A stretch of DNA of 64,000 nt from Octopus vulgaris (taxonomy: Eukaryota): NCBI GenBank assembly GCA_951406725.2, contig OX597828.1, positions 6,820,001 to 6,884,000 on the forward strand. Direction: 5' to 3'. Both the position numbers and the translations under genes were made by a program. This document shows positions 1 to 12,006 of the stretch, piece after piece (position 1 is the first letter of the stretch; every line of letters starts with the position of its first letter). The notes beneath the pieces were generated by a model that worked only from the letters and a program-made list of their open reading frames with translations, did no database searches and was not told the DNA's origin.

Positions 1-162
1 TATGCATAGTACTGTTATGCTGCCTTTTTCTTTTTTTTTTAATGTCTGTTCGTTGTAGATAATCCACAATATCTATTTCTACATGAATACTTATGTCTGT
101 TGAGCTGCATGATTATTCTTTCCGAAAATATTGCAATACTTACAGAAAAATGGATTATATCA

Positions 163-480
<318 letters not shown>

Positions 481-1254
481 GGTTTTAAAATCTGGAGGAA
501 AATGTAGAGGCCATGACCTTTCCAAAACCGATGGACTTACACCTTTAACGTTTCGCTTTAAACTGCAATAAGTCAAGAATTGCTATAAACAAATGACAGG
601 AAAGAAGGAAAGAAGGAAGGAAGGGACGAACGAACGAACGGCTTAGCAGTATTTGTTCCGTGGCCAGGTTGACTGGACACTGAATTAGAGAGAAAAAGAA
701 ATAGAGACTCCTGTGTCCAGAGTTCCAGAATAGAGGAGATACGACTCCAGCAACCAGCACATCCCAGTGGCTGTTACCGTAATTGAATGAAAGCCAAAGA
801 GAGAGAACGGCTTTTAAATGAACCAGAGTTTAGAGCACCTCTGCGAGTGACTTAACACCGATCGTTTATGTGACATTTTGCTGGATGAGGTCTTAAATGT
901 TTTCCAGTATCTAGCAGCAACACTGTCAAATTTTAGGAGTACTCACAGCCCTGACTTTTGTAGGCAGATGGTAGATGTTGGCGGATGAACTATTTCTTGG
1001 GTCGAAAGAAAATCGCAAGTTTTCAGGTGTAGTCATAGTTCTTTTAAGAATAATCCTTCACCAAGAAACATTCTCCGTTATAATGAGGCCTGGAAGCATT
1101 GAAAACAATCATGAGAAGTCAAGTTTTAAGTGGGACAACCACTATGTTGTATTTTTTTATGTACCTACCATTGACTGCTCGAAGCTTTCTAACTTCCTAC
1201 ATTTAGATCCTCAGATCTAATTACACACACACATACACACACAAACACACACAT

Positions 1255-1500
1255 ATCACATATAAAATCCGTTCTGTCTGTCTGTGTGTGTGTGGCTTCT
1301 AGGATCTCGGGCATCCTCCATCTGATTGCACTCAAATTTGATATGTAGATACCGACGGTATCAGGGCGTGTATAAGTCTTGAAAAAATTACAAAAATCGA
1401 TTCCAGGTGAGAAAGACGTGGGAAATCGTTTTTCTTTGGAATAGAAAAAAAGTCTATCTTTATTTCTTCTTTTGCTGGTGTTTCAAATTTAGGTTAAATC
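1255..1500 (+). mobile_element. 5' fragment of a non-autonomous Helitron-like element
   Basis: TATAAAA followed by (CTGT)n(GT)n and CTGATTGCACTCAAATTTG, the same layout as the 5' ends at 51610 and 63481. No 3' CTAG end found. Confidence 0.5.
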
Positions 1501-2507
1501 AGTGTTTCTCAAAGGGGAGGCCTATGGGACGGTCGGACACGTTGTTTTGAGAAAATCTGGTTTAAATGTTTGACAACTCAGTACCGTCCATTGGACGGGG
1601 GACGTTTTGCTCGTATATCCTATATACACAAAGTATATCTGATATATATAAAATGTAGAAGCACACACTATCAGAGGTACTCACATAAATTAACGCATAA
1701 GCTTTTATTCCATAAACATTATCAGTATTTTTGCATAATATAATGAACAATTCTGGATCGCAAATTAATTGAGAACTCACTTTATGGAATTGATTGTGCG
1801 CCTTTCATTAATACTAATTATTACTAGGTTAACTAGATTTCAATGAAACATGCAAGTGGTTTAACTGTAGTACCGAGCAGTAACCTCAACAAATCAAAAC
1901 ATATTTCACTTATATATTTTCTCAAATACCTAATATATTTAACATTTCTAGTTTGTTTTCCCATATTTTTGTTTTTCATTCGTTACTGACACAGTAAAAT
2001 ATCTTATGTCGCATCGATGTAAGCAATCTGATGCAAATACATTTATAGCTAGACATTCATGTTGCATAGATTTTGAAAGATATTGGACATGAATGGATGA
2101 ATGCATGATTGTGTGGCCAAGAATAGTCGCAAGCAGGATTAAGATTAAGAAATTTGTGTCGCAACCACCTGTCCCAAGTGTTGATTCTAGCGTGCGGCGT
2201 ATTAGGTAAGGGATTTCTCATCCAGATTTTATTGACTACTGTCCTGTAAATGATTTTGATTGACAAATTGAAACTGTATAGAAGTTCGTCGTGTGTGTGT
2301 GTGTGTGCATATATATATATATATTTGTGTGCGTATGTGTGCGTATATGTATGTATGTATAAAGAGGATGAAAACACGACTGGTAGATAGAAAAAAAGAA
2401 AGATATGATAACCTTGATATACGTGGTTGTGTGTGTGTGTGTGTATATATATGTGTGTGTGTATGTGTGTAGAATGTTGAAAAGTGACACATGTGTTGAT
2501 ATATATA

Positions 2508-2765
2508 AGGAAAATAGGACAAGTTAGAAAATGCTAAAATAATTTTATCATGAAAGACATTTTGTAATGGTTAGTACCGGGTTCTGTCTTTTCGACTTTT
2601 TCAACTAAATGTAAAAGAAAGGTGGATATCAATTAAGAAGAAAACAATGAAATTGATGAAAAAATTAAATGATTTGTTTTGTAAATATTTCCATAGTCTT
2701 AAATAGGTGGGACATTCTCCTTTTTTCTGTCTTTCTGTCTGTCTGTCTCTGTCTCTGTCTGTCTG

Positions 2766-2831
<66 letters not shown>

Positions 2832-3088
2832 CTTATGAACCTTCACAAAGTAAAAAAGACAAAGATACAGAAAAAAGCAAAATGTTCCACCTATTTGAAG
2901 ACTATGGAAATATTTACAAAACATTTCGTTTAATTTTTTCAACGATTTAATTCCTTTTCTTCTTAATTAATATCCACCTTTGTTTTAATCTTAGTTGAAA
3001 AAGTCGAAAAGTCAGAAACCGGTACAAAGCATTACAAAATATATATCATGATAAAATTATTTTAGCATTTTCTATCTTGTCTTATTTC

Positions 3089-3090
<2 letters not shown>
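2508..3090. mobile_element. Foldback/MITE-like element with ~215-bp imperfect inverted arms
   Basis: 2508-2725 (GGACAAGTTAGAAAATGCTAAAATAATTTTATCATG...) is the imperfect reverse complement of 2871-3090 (...CATGATAAAATTATTTTAGCATTTTCTATCTTGTC). Spacer is (CTGT)n(CT)n(CA)n and both flanks are TA repeats. Confidence 0.85.
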
Positions 3091-3125
<35 letters not shown>

Positions 3126-3573
3126 CGTGTGTGTGTATGTATATATGTATATGTATGTGTGTACATATATATGTATATATATATATATATGTATATAGAT
3201 GTGTGTATATTGACAGGGCAAACCGCTAGGTAGTCGGCCGCATGCTAGAAATAGATCATCAATGATCAAACTACAAAGAATGTTCTCTAGAGGAAAATTC
3301 AGCCAACACCAGATACAAATTTGGCGGGCAGGACAGATGAAAATTTATATAAAAAACAGAATTAATCGCATACCTCGGTTTCAACTATTAACAAAAGAAT
3401 TACTTACATAATTCAAATGTCCGTAGTCTCGTCAGTACGATCGTTCAAAACAAATGTAATCTAAAAAACTAACCCCAGTTTTCTGTGCCAAAACAGACAC
3501 AAACGTGTTTAGTTTTACCGATTAATTTATCTCCCTCATTATTTAAATATTGTATATATATATATATATGTAA

Positions 3574-3640
<67 letters not shown>

Positions 3641-4379
3641 TGTGTGTGCATATATATACACACACTAACACACACATATATGTATACAAGCACATCACAA
3701 CTCGCATTTTCTATCATCTTTTCATAATGGTATTTAACTCCAAAATATTGAAATTTACAGTATAAGTCTAAGGTGAGGAGTTGCTTTACATTTGCTTCTG
3801 TTTTCATTCCTTTATTTCCAGTGTGCATTTTACTGGCATAGGGAAACATTTTTATGTCTGTTTGAGTGTGCGTGAGTGCATCTGTGCGCACTTGCGTGTG
3901 CTTGTGTGTGTGTGTATGCATATATGCACAGACGTATATATGTGTATGTGCGTTCAATACTCGTTTCATGTTTAGCAATACCGTATTGAGTCCAAAACCG
4001 TAATTCAGCAATGCAACAAATTAAATTTTAGACTCAAATATTTGGAACATGATGTGATAGATCACACCCCATTGAAGGGATAATTTTAGCATGTTCGCAA
4101 CCCACTTACTCAAGTCATAAAAGAAGTTTTCAGCTCTACTGACTGTGGCCTTTAGTCTTTCATACATTGCACCTCACATTGGTCCATCTATGCTTTTGTA
4201 AGTTTGTTTGCCTCTGATCATGTGTTTTCTTTACTTTGTGCAGTTTCCGTGGCGAAGTAGCTTTTTTGTCTTTTTTTTTTTTTTTTTCATAAGATATTCT
4301 TAGCTTCTATCTTATTTTACTCGGGCATGGGACAGGCAGACACCCTAATCTGATTTGCTACAATCAGCTAAGGTTATCA

Positions 4380-4442
4380 AAGAAAGAAAGAAACAAAGAA
4401 ACAAACAAACAAACAAACAAACAAACAACGAAAGAAATAAAA

Positions 4443-4478
<36 letters not shown>

Positions 4479-4540
4479 AGGAAGGAAGGAAGGAAGGAAG
4501 GAACCACCCAATCAGCCAACCAGCCAACCAAACAAACAAA
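4380..4540. repeat. (GAAA)n/(CAAA)n/(GGAA)n microsatellite
   Basis: Seen directly. Confidence 0.9.
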
Positions 4541-5162
4541 AATATCTATGCAACGATGGATTACAGGCTTTGGTGCTATTTTGTGACGTCCATTCACATT
4601 CTGGGTTGAAATTCTGCAGAGATCAGTTTCTAGTCAGTGGGATCGGATCAATCGATTACTCCCACGCACTACATTTTGTACTCGTGTGCTAAATTATTAT
4701 AGCAGTTATTAGGGCGATCAGAATAGGAAATGGCAAATATTTTTTTGCAATATTCAGTGGCGTCCCACTTCCGTTTGCTTTCAAATCACTTTTGGGCTAA
4801 ATTTACTTTTATCCATTAACCGGGATTCAGAAAACAAAACAAAAAAAAAGGCGATTCTAATAACAACGCACTTCGCAACAAAATTTCCACCCAAATAGGA
4901 ATAATTTATTATGCAGTTAAAAATCCTTGAAATGCCTAGGAGGAAAACTGCGTAATTTTCTTAGTTTTTTTTTTTGTTTTTTTTGCGTTGGTTTCAATCA
5001 TTGGACAGTAGGCGTGACGGGACATCGCTTTCAAGAGTTCGTAGTCGATTATGTTGACCAAAGTACTTCTATTGTACTTTTTAACAGTTCTGTGAAAATA
5101 CAAAGTTAACATTGGTGTGAAGGAAGATAATTCAATCGGTCATGAATACTGCACGGTATCTT

Positions 5163-5722
5163 GTATGTATGTATGCATGTATGTATGTATGTATGTATGT
5201 ATGTATGTATGTATGTATGTATGTATGTATGTACGTATGTATGTATGTATGTGTGTATTTGGTAGGTAGGTAGATAGGTAGGTAGGTAGGTAGGCAGGCA
5301 GGCAGGTAGGTAGGTAGGTAAGTAGGTAGGTAGGTAGGTAGGTCGGTATGAAAACAATTTTGTAGGTAAGTAGGAAGGTAGGTAAGTTGGGGGTAGGTAG
5401 GTAGGTAAGTAGGTAGGTCGGTATGAAAACAATTTTGTAGGTAAGTAGGAAGGTAGGTAAGTTGGGGGTAGGTAGGTAGGTAAGTAGGTAGGTAGGTAGG
5501 TAGGTAGGTCGGTATGAAAACAATTTTGTAGGTAAGTAGGAAGGTAGGTAAGTTGGGGGTAGGTAGGTAGGTAAGTAGGTAGGTAGTTAGTTAGGTAGGT
5601 AGGTAGGTAGGTAGGTAGGTAGGTAGGTAGGTAGGTAGGTTGGTAGGTAGGTAGGTGGGTAGGTAGGTACGTAGGTACGTAGGTAGATAGGTAGGCAGGC
5701 AACCAGGCTGGTTGGTAAGTAA
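5163..5722. repeat. (TATG)n then (TAGG)n microsatellite with a three-copy higher-order unit
   Basis: GGTCGGTATGAAAACAATTTTGTAGGTAAGTAGGAAGGTAGGTAAGTTGGGGG recurs at 5341, 5416 and 5507. Confidence 0.9.
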
Positions 5723-5729
5723 GCAGGGG

Positions 5730-5890
5730 GAGCAATATAGCTGAATGTTTAAGAAATTTTCTTCACAAGCTTGAAGTCTTGCGGTCGATTCCAGTCCATG
5801 GTTTCTTAGGTAAATGTTACTTCCTACATCTCCTGGGTTAACAAATCATCTGAGTGATGCTGGGTAGACGGAAACTGCATCGAAGCCTAT
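5730..5890 (+). mobile_element. Degenerate SINE family A 5' part
   Basis: tRNA-like head remnant followed by GGTAGACGGAAACTG, as in better-preserved family A copies. Confidence 0.55.
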
Positions 5891-5976
5891 CAGGTGGATT
5901 GCACCTGTAGGTGAAATAGTACCGTCATCTCACGTACACCGCCTCACGCTGTTTTTGACAAAGAAATAAATTACAG

Positions 5977-6132
5977 GTCGACGTGTTGGTGCAACGCTCG
6001 GCCATTGACACGTTGATTGAGGATCAAGTTATTCAGCTGAATGAACAAATTAATTCCAGCACCGAGCGACGGAGATCCACTACCACTACCGTAACGCGTA
6101 AAAACACACGTGTGGAAAGCATCAATATCATG
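5977..6132 (+). CDS. Candidate internal exon, unknown product
   Basis: Non-repetitive, CpG-retaining stretch bounded by TTACAG| and ATG|GTTAGG. Only one + frame is open (VDVLVQRSAIDTLIEDQVIQLNEQINSS...SINIM). Pyrimidine tract is weak. Confidence 0.2.
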
Positions 6133-6539
6133 GTTAGGATCACCAGTGTAGATAGGGGTAGGTATTTTGCGTTTACATCCCACGATGAGCGATACTTATT
6201 GGGAATTTCGACTCGTGGATATAATAGATGTCACATAAATTGCTAGACAAAGGATAGGATTCGTGAGCACGTATTTACAAAAACAAACTAGTTACCATGA
6301 TTGTTATGACTACGTTAGTAATCTATAAATGACTAACAAACAATATTATTGTATATAAACAAGATTAAACAAGAACGAATCTCGTTAGTCGAAGTGGAAG
6401 CAATAAAAACGACTTATTCTATTCACTGTATTAATTCACTTAGAAGAAATTTTATAGTATTATAAATGAAATATTTTTCATTTCAGTATATATAGTACTA
6501 AGGTAAATAATCAACAGATGAAATCCAGAGAATCTTAGT

Positions 6540-8345
6540 ACAGACACTATTTACAGGGGATCAGTTCCATTGGGTAAAGGATGGTTAAAAGAGAGATTAA
6601 AGTGGGCAGAATTTGGGGCAATTGTGCAAATAAGCAAATATTAAATAAACACTTTGGCTATGAACAACAAAACATGTATATATGCATACATAGAAAACAA
6701 GAGAAATCGGAAAATGGAGACTTCCAGACGACGAATACTTAACTATAGATATATAGATATTTATATTAATGGATCCAACTTAAACAAAGTACGAACGACA
6801 GAGAAAATAAAAGGGTTGGGGGAGAAAGGGGTTATAAATCCAACAGCTGTTTCTAGGGACGTAGCTGTTTCTGTAGCTCATTACAATATGCAGCTGTAAT
6901 GGAAGCAATCAACACTGGATAAATCGAGCCTCTCTTATCAAAGTAGAAATGATCGTACATCATAATGCAGAGACGGTCAAAGGTGAAATGATTAAATGTG
7001 GAGAGTTAGCCGTATGAGAGGAAGGAAATACAAGCGTCGGTGGGGTTACGGCGAGGGTTAACACAAGGAATGGGGATAGGAGATAGAAGAGCTAGTGCAG
7101 AAAGGTGGGGGCGTTAATAATGAGGGTATTAAGGGAGGTGATAGTAGAAGTGACGAGTTGGGAGGTGAATGGTAGGGTGAGATAGATAGTAAATGAAGGG
7201 TGGTCATTTGTTGTTGGGTCTGTGTATCGGTGTCGAATTAGTGAAAGTTGAAATAGTGGGGGAAATGAGGGCAATTGTTTAAGAGAAGGAAAGTGTCTAA
7301 TTCGGCGGCGAAGGGAGATTACTAAGTTATGTTGAAAGATATGAGAAAAGGTAGGTGGACAGAGTCGAGAGTGCGTCGTGAACAATGTAGCAGTGGTTAG
7401 TATGATAATGAAGGTAGGATGGTGGTGGAGGGGGAGTACTAAGGTATGCAGAGGTGTATGAAATTGAATAGGGGGAAAGTAAATAGAAAGGGAGGAAGAG
7501 GTTGATAGGATAGTAGCTCATTGAGCGGAATAGTTTTAAATGCTTTTGGTTCAAGAGAGAATGGGGAAAGAATACCACTTGTGAGAATTGGAAGGTTGTA
7601 CCAGAGGTGGGATGTGGTGGTTAAGAGGACCTTGCAAAGATAATCATGGAAAAAGAATAATTTAGTCAGGAGGGTGATATTAGCAGAAGGGTAAGTTGCT
7701 AGGCCGACTTGGTTGTACCCCAAGGTTAATTATAATTAAGGATAATCTTAATTATGGGGTTGTATAGATTTAATAAAATAGGCAAAAGATTAGTAGAACC
7801 TGTGTTTACAAACGTGTATTACATCTGAGAATCTAATGATTAATGAGGGGTTGTGATTACAAAGGATTGTTAGTGATTCCCTTAAACACAATTTACAAAT
7901 ACCAAGGTTTGTGTTGTACTACAGACCAGGATAGGGTAAAGGGAGCATTTTGGAATTTGAGGTTGTGTATATAAGTTGCTAAGGAGATAGATAATTTAGA
8001 ATTTGAATTGGAGAGGAAGTTCATGTGTGCTCGGTAACGGCGCCTGAAATCAACAGTGCCGCCAATATAGACCCTTACTTGGTGGAAGCGTTGTGTTATA
8101 ACTCAGCTCTTGTAGACTACAAGAGGGTAGGATTCAGTCACCTGACAATTTCAAGTTTTCCTGCCTGCTCTGCCGTTAACGTTTACCGCTGAGGAGGTCA
8201 GGTTCCTATGGTCCGTTATCAGTAAAGAAGAACTAGAGGTATAATTGGTATCGGTAACGGATTGGGAGTGGGTATCACCGCTATATGTGCTCATATTGGT
8301 AGTATTGTGGGGAGAAGTATTTAGGTTGTTATTATTGAGTTTAGT
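6540..8345 (-). mobile_element. Penelope-like retroelement remnant (GIY-YIG end plus 3' region)
   Basis: Carries the GIY-YIG remnant at 7790-8125, an Asn/Thr/Ser-rich linker upstream, a C-rich 3' region and a degenerate hammerhead-like motif near 6842-6942. Outer limits are approximate. Confidence 0.7.
7790..8125 (-). pseudogene. Penelope-type GIY-YIG endonuclease, disrupted
   Basis: Manual translation: VVYK..VITQRFHQVRVYIGGTVDFRRRYRAHMNFLSN...SLATYIHNLK...LSWSV, then after a frameshift CKLCLRESLTIL...VCKHRFY*. This matches the VVY/YIG...R...H and CxLCLxE...CxH pattern of PLE endonucleases. Confidence 0.85.
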
Positions 8346-8456
8346 ACTAAGGCAATGATAGTCGCTTTACAAATTCCTTTATCAGAACGCAGAGTATTCT
8401 GGTCAATGAATGTGGGCCAGTCTCCCTTTCTTGATAATTGCTTACTTTTATAATCA

Positions 8457-8600
8457 CAGGCGTGGCTATGTGGTAAAGAGCTTGCTTCCCAACCACATGG
8501 TTTCTGGTTTAGTCACACTGGGTGGAACGTTGGGCCGACCAAAGCCTTGCGAGTGAATTTGGATGACGAAAACTGAAAGAATACCGTCGTGTATGTATAT
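8457..8600 (+). mobile_element. SINE family A, 5' part
   Basis: GGCGTGGCTATGTGGTAAAGAGCTTGCTTCCCAACCACATGG head, then GGCCGACCAAAGCCTTGCGAGTG. Confidence 0.8.
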
Positions 8601-8624
8601 ATTTATATGTATGGGTCTTTATTC

Positions 8625-8767
8625 TGTGTCAAACATCCACTCACAAGATTTTGGTCGGTCCGAGGTTATAATAGAAGACACTTGCCCGAAGTTTCACGCA
8701 GTGGGACTGAACCCCGAACCGTGTGGTTGAGAAGCAACCTTCTTACCACACAGCTGCACTTGTGCCT
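8625..8767 (-). mobile_element. SINE family A, 5' part, inverted relative to 8457-8600
   Basis: CCACTCACAAG...AGAAGACACTTGCCC...GGGACTGAACCC...CTTACCACACAGC. Confidence 0.8.
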
Positions 8768-9406
8768 AAATATAATTTTCCGACAAAGTCTCCTTGCTTT
8801 TCCATACACTTCTTTCAACAGTCCACAAGATTCCTTATTCTATCGGAGATTTCGGCCGGTCATGCAGGTACTTATTCACCGCTTCCTATATTTCTACGTC
8901 CTTAGCAAACCGATGGCCTCGTAAAGGATTTTGAGATATGGACTCTATGCAGGATGTCTCAAATATTATAAACCCAATTTCTCAATGATTTCTATGTTTT
9001 GGGTGTCCATATATGTGTGTGAATAGTCTTGCAACAATAAACCTAGTTTGGGTAATAGATCCCTGTGTTTAGTGTGACAGTGTAACAGCGCGTCATCATG
9101 GCTCAAACTAATTCTTTCTCGTTACGGATGACAACTGAGGGAAATCGAGTTTCAAACTCTAACCGGATGACCGGAGGCTCAAAGAGTGTTCCGTAAAGGA
9201 TTGTCAGGGTAATTTATTATTTCAAATAATATTATCATCAACATAATCATCATCATCAACATTACTAACATCATCGTCGTCGTCGTTGCCATCATCAGCA
9301 AATATTAATGATGAATGCAGCAACTACAACAACAAAAATAGGCCGAGAGCTCTGAGAAGTAAAATAGTAGTAATAATAATAATAATAATAATAATAAAAA
9401 TAATAA

Positions 9407-9753
9407 TGGAGTACCAGACAGTGGCTCTCATGGCTGCTGACCTTAACTGATTGGAAGTTGTTATCACGTACATTGTTTTGTCTTGGTATAAACGATGGGT
9501 TACAGCAAATATTCTGCTCAATACCACAGATTTGCTTGTCAGTTGCTTGACCGTAACCAGTTGAGCACGTCCCTTAGTGGCTGACGATATGTGCATCTCT
9601 GATCACGAGCAGAAGTAGTGGAGGAGCATCATACCCGTGTGTTGTGTTGAGAGGGATTCTTTGGGGATTGAATAATTCACCTTTGGAAACGAGTGTTTCG
9701 TTCAACATTCTCAAACAACCCTTAATCGGGGACCTTTTGAGCAGGATGGGCTA
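9407..9753 (+). mobile_element. Family E retroposon tail fragment (Dong/R4-like), cut off at a foldback element
   Basis: Same sequence as 15981-16380 and 16574-17075. Preceded by (AAT)n and ends at GGGCTA where the 9764 element begins. Confidence 0.75.
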
Positions 9754-9763
9754 TATATATATA

Positions 9764-10324
9764 TAATGTAAGGTATACTAGCCATCTCAATATGGCTAAC
9801 CACTAAGGGTGGGTGTTACTGCAGCTTGTAGCCCCAGGAGAACATCGTCTCCAGCTGGCTTTAGGCACACTTTCTGTGCGCTTATGGTATTTGCAAAGGG
9901 AGGTCATCCCTCCCTCGTCAACCTAAGTGATACGCACGGACTGCAATTCTAGGTATTTGCCTGTCTTCAGCGTACGGCAATCACCGGTTTTCGATGAAGG
10001 AGATTTATTATTGCTTGCATACAATTTTTCAAAATCAGTGACGAAGAGTTACTGGAAAAACCATATAAGGATTTGCATTGGGACTCCCTTCATCGAAAAC
10101 CGGTGATTGCCGAACGCTGAAGACAGGCAAATACCTAAAAACTGCAGTCCGTACGTATCACTTAGGCTGACGAGGGAGCGATGACCTCCCTTTGCAAATA
10201 CCATAAGGGCACAGAAAGTGTGCCAAAAGCCAGCTGGAGACGATGTTCTCCTGGGGCTACAAGCTACAGTAACATCCACCCTTAGTGGTTAGCCATATTG
10301 AGGTGGCTAGTATACCTTACATTA
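9764..10324. mobile_element. Foldback/MITE with ~240-bp well-matched terminal inverted repeats in (TA)n
   Basis: TAATGTAAGGTATACTAGCCATCTCAATATGGCTAACC... (9764-10003) is the reverse complement of 10084-10324 with only scattered mismatches. Spacer ~80 bp, (TA)n on both sides. Confidence 0.9.
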
Positions 10325-10699
10325 TATATATATATGCATATGTATATGTCACTTTTTCACAGTATCGACCAGATCATCAGATGCTGTTATACGTCTGGGT
10401 GCAGTGCACTTCCAATTTTGTCTCCATTGCACTATTATTTTCCCTCTTAAGCCAAATTGCTTCATTACAACATCTTCCCATCGTTATGGAGGCCTCGCCA
10501 ATGACCTATTCCGATCTCTTGGATACTACTCAGAAACTGAACAACTGCATAGAACCACCAGTTGTCTGTGAACCTTAGTGGGCCGAGCAGCAAAAAACTG
10601 ATTGCAAGAAAAAGATAAATAAAAAATAGAAAATTCAAAGAAATATAACAATTAGCAACATAATAATTATTATGCATAACGGTAATAATACTTAGCTCA

Positions 10700-10913
10700 A
10701 AGATGGCGAGCTGGTAGAAACGTTAGCATGCCGGGCGAAATGCCTAGCGGTTTTCCGTCTGTCTTTGTGTTCTGAGTTCAAATTCCGCCGTGGTCGACTT
10801 TGCCTTTCACACTTTCGGGGTCGATAAATTAAGTACCAGTTGTGTACTGAAGTCAATCTAATCGACTGGCTCCCTCCCCCAAAATTTCGGGCCTTGAGCT
10901 TAGAGCAGAAAAG
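10700..10913 (+). mobile_element. SINE family B
   Basis: GGCGAGCTGGTAGAAACGTTAG head, GAGTTCAAATTCC B-box-like motif, GGTCGACTTTGCCTTTCA..GGGGTCGATAAATTAAGTACCAG core. Confidence 0.85.
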
Positions 10914-11164
10914 ATTAATACTTTGCGTAATAACAGTAATCGTCATAGTCCTTTTTCTTGCTTTAATACGAAATATTTCCGTATGAGTACTTAGTACCCC
11001 TTGTCTCACATCATGTCCGTGAGAACGTGGAAGTATTCGCGATTTAGTCAAGTTAGAACTATATTGATTGCTGTCATTATGCTAATTATTATCTTTTTTA
11101 ATTTGCTTATTATTTTTGCTAATTTTTACTTATTTGTCTAAAATATATTTTTTGTATCGTTTAG

Positions 11165-11250
11165 AATCTACCATTATCGACTCAAGTGATCTATATTAGT
11201 CAATCGTACAGCGAGGAGCTGGCGGATGCTATCTTGGATAAAGCAGCAAT
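11165..11250 (+). CDS. Candidate internal exon, unknown product
   Basis: TTTTTGTATCGTTTAG| ... AAT|GTAACT. One open frame: NLPLSTQVIYISQSYSEELADAILDKAA. Confidence 0.25.
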
Positions 11251-11591
11251 GTAACTTATATTTCATTACATTCTTTACTGTTGCCACCCGAACAAAGGTT
11301 TGAACTCGAAAGTTAAAATACAGTATATGGCTCAGCCATTAGCGTGCATGTCTTTGTGTGTGTGTGTGTGTGTGTGTGTGTTAAATATTTAATCTACTTA
11401 GATATTGTAAATTATTTAAAGCGACACTAATCCCATTCTTCAATTTGGTCAATTTTTGCATATACTAAATCTCATTGTTGCATCCTCAAACAATTCAAAG
11501 AAAGTGATAGTCGATTGATTAGAAATTTATCGTTACATGTCCGAGAGTATTTGAGCGCTATTACAGTGAAGAAAGCTAATACTGACTTCGA

Positions 11592-12006
11592 GGGCGGCAA
11601 GCTGGCAGAAACGTTAGCGCGCCCGGGCGAAATGCTTTGCGGTATTTCGTCCGCCGCTGCGTTCTGAGTTCAAATTCCGCCGAGGTCGACTTTCCTTTCA
11701 TCCCTTCGGGGTCGATAAATTAAGGGCCAGTTACGCACTGGGGTTGATATAATCGACTTAATCCGTTTATCTGGCTTTGTTTGTCCTCTCTCTGTTTAGC
11801 CCCTTGTGGGTAGTAAAGAAACGGGTATTTCGTCTGTCGTTACGTTCTGAGTCAAATTCCGCCGAGGTCGACTTTGCCTTTCATCCTTTCGGGGTCGATA
11901 AATAAAGTACCAGTTTCGCACTGGGGTCGATGTAATCGGCTTAATCCCTTTGTCTGTCCTTGTTTGTCCCCTGTATGTTTAGCCCCTTGTGGGTTGTAAA
12001 GAAATA
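11592..12006 (+). mobile_element. Dimeric SINE family B with 15-bp target-site duplication
   Basis: TAATACTGACTTCGA at 11577-11591 and 12007-12021. A second monomer restarts near 11824. Confidence 0.92.

Noticed and set aside
5341-5580. CRISPR-like repeat-spacer pattern
   Set aside because: Spacers are just TAGG units, there are no cas genes and the context is eukaryotic.
10167-10200. CTGACGA plus GGGAG/CTCCC stem as a hammerhead in the foldback arm
   Set aside because: The stem is followed by TTTGCAAA rather than GAAA, and no stems I or III are evident.
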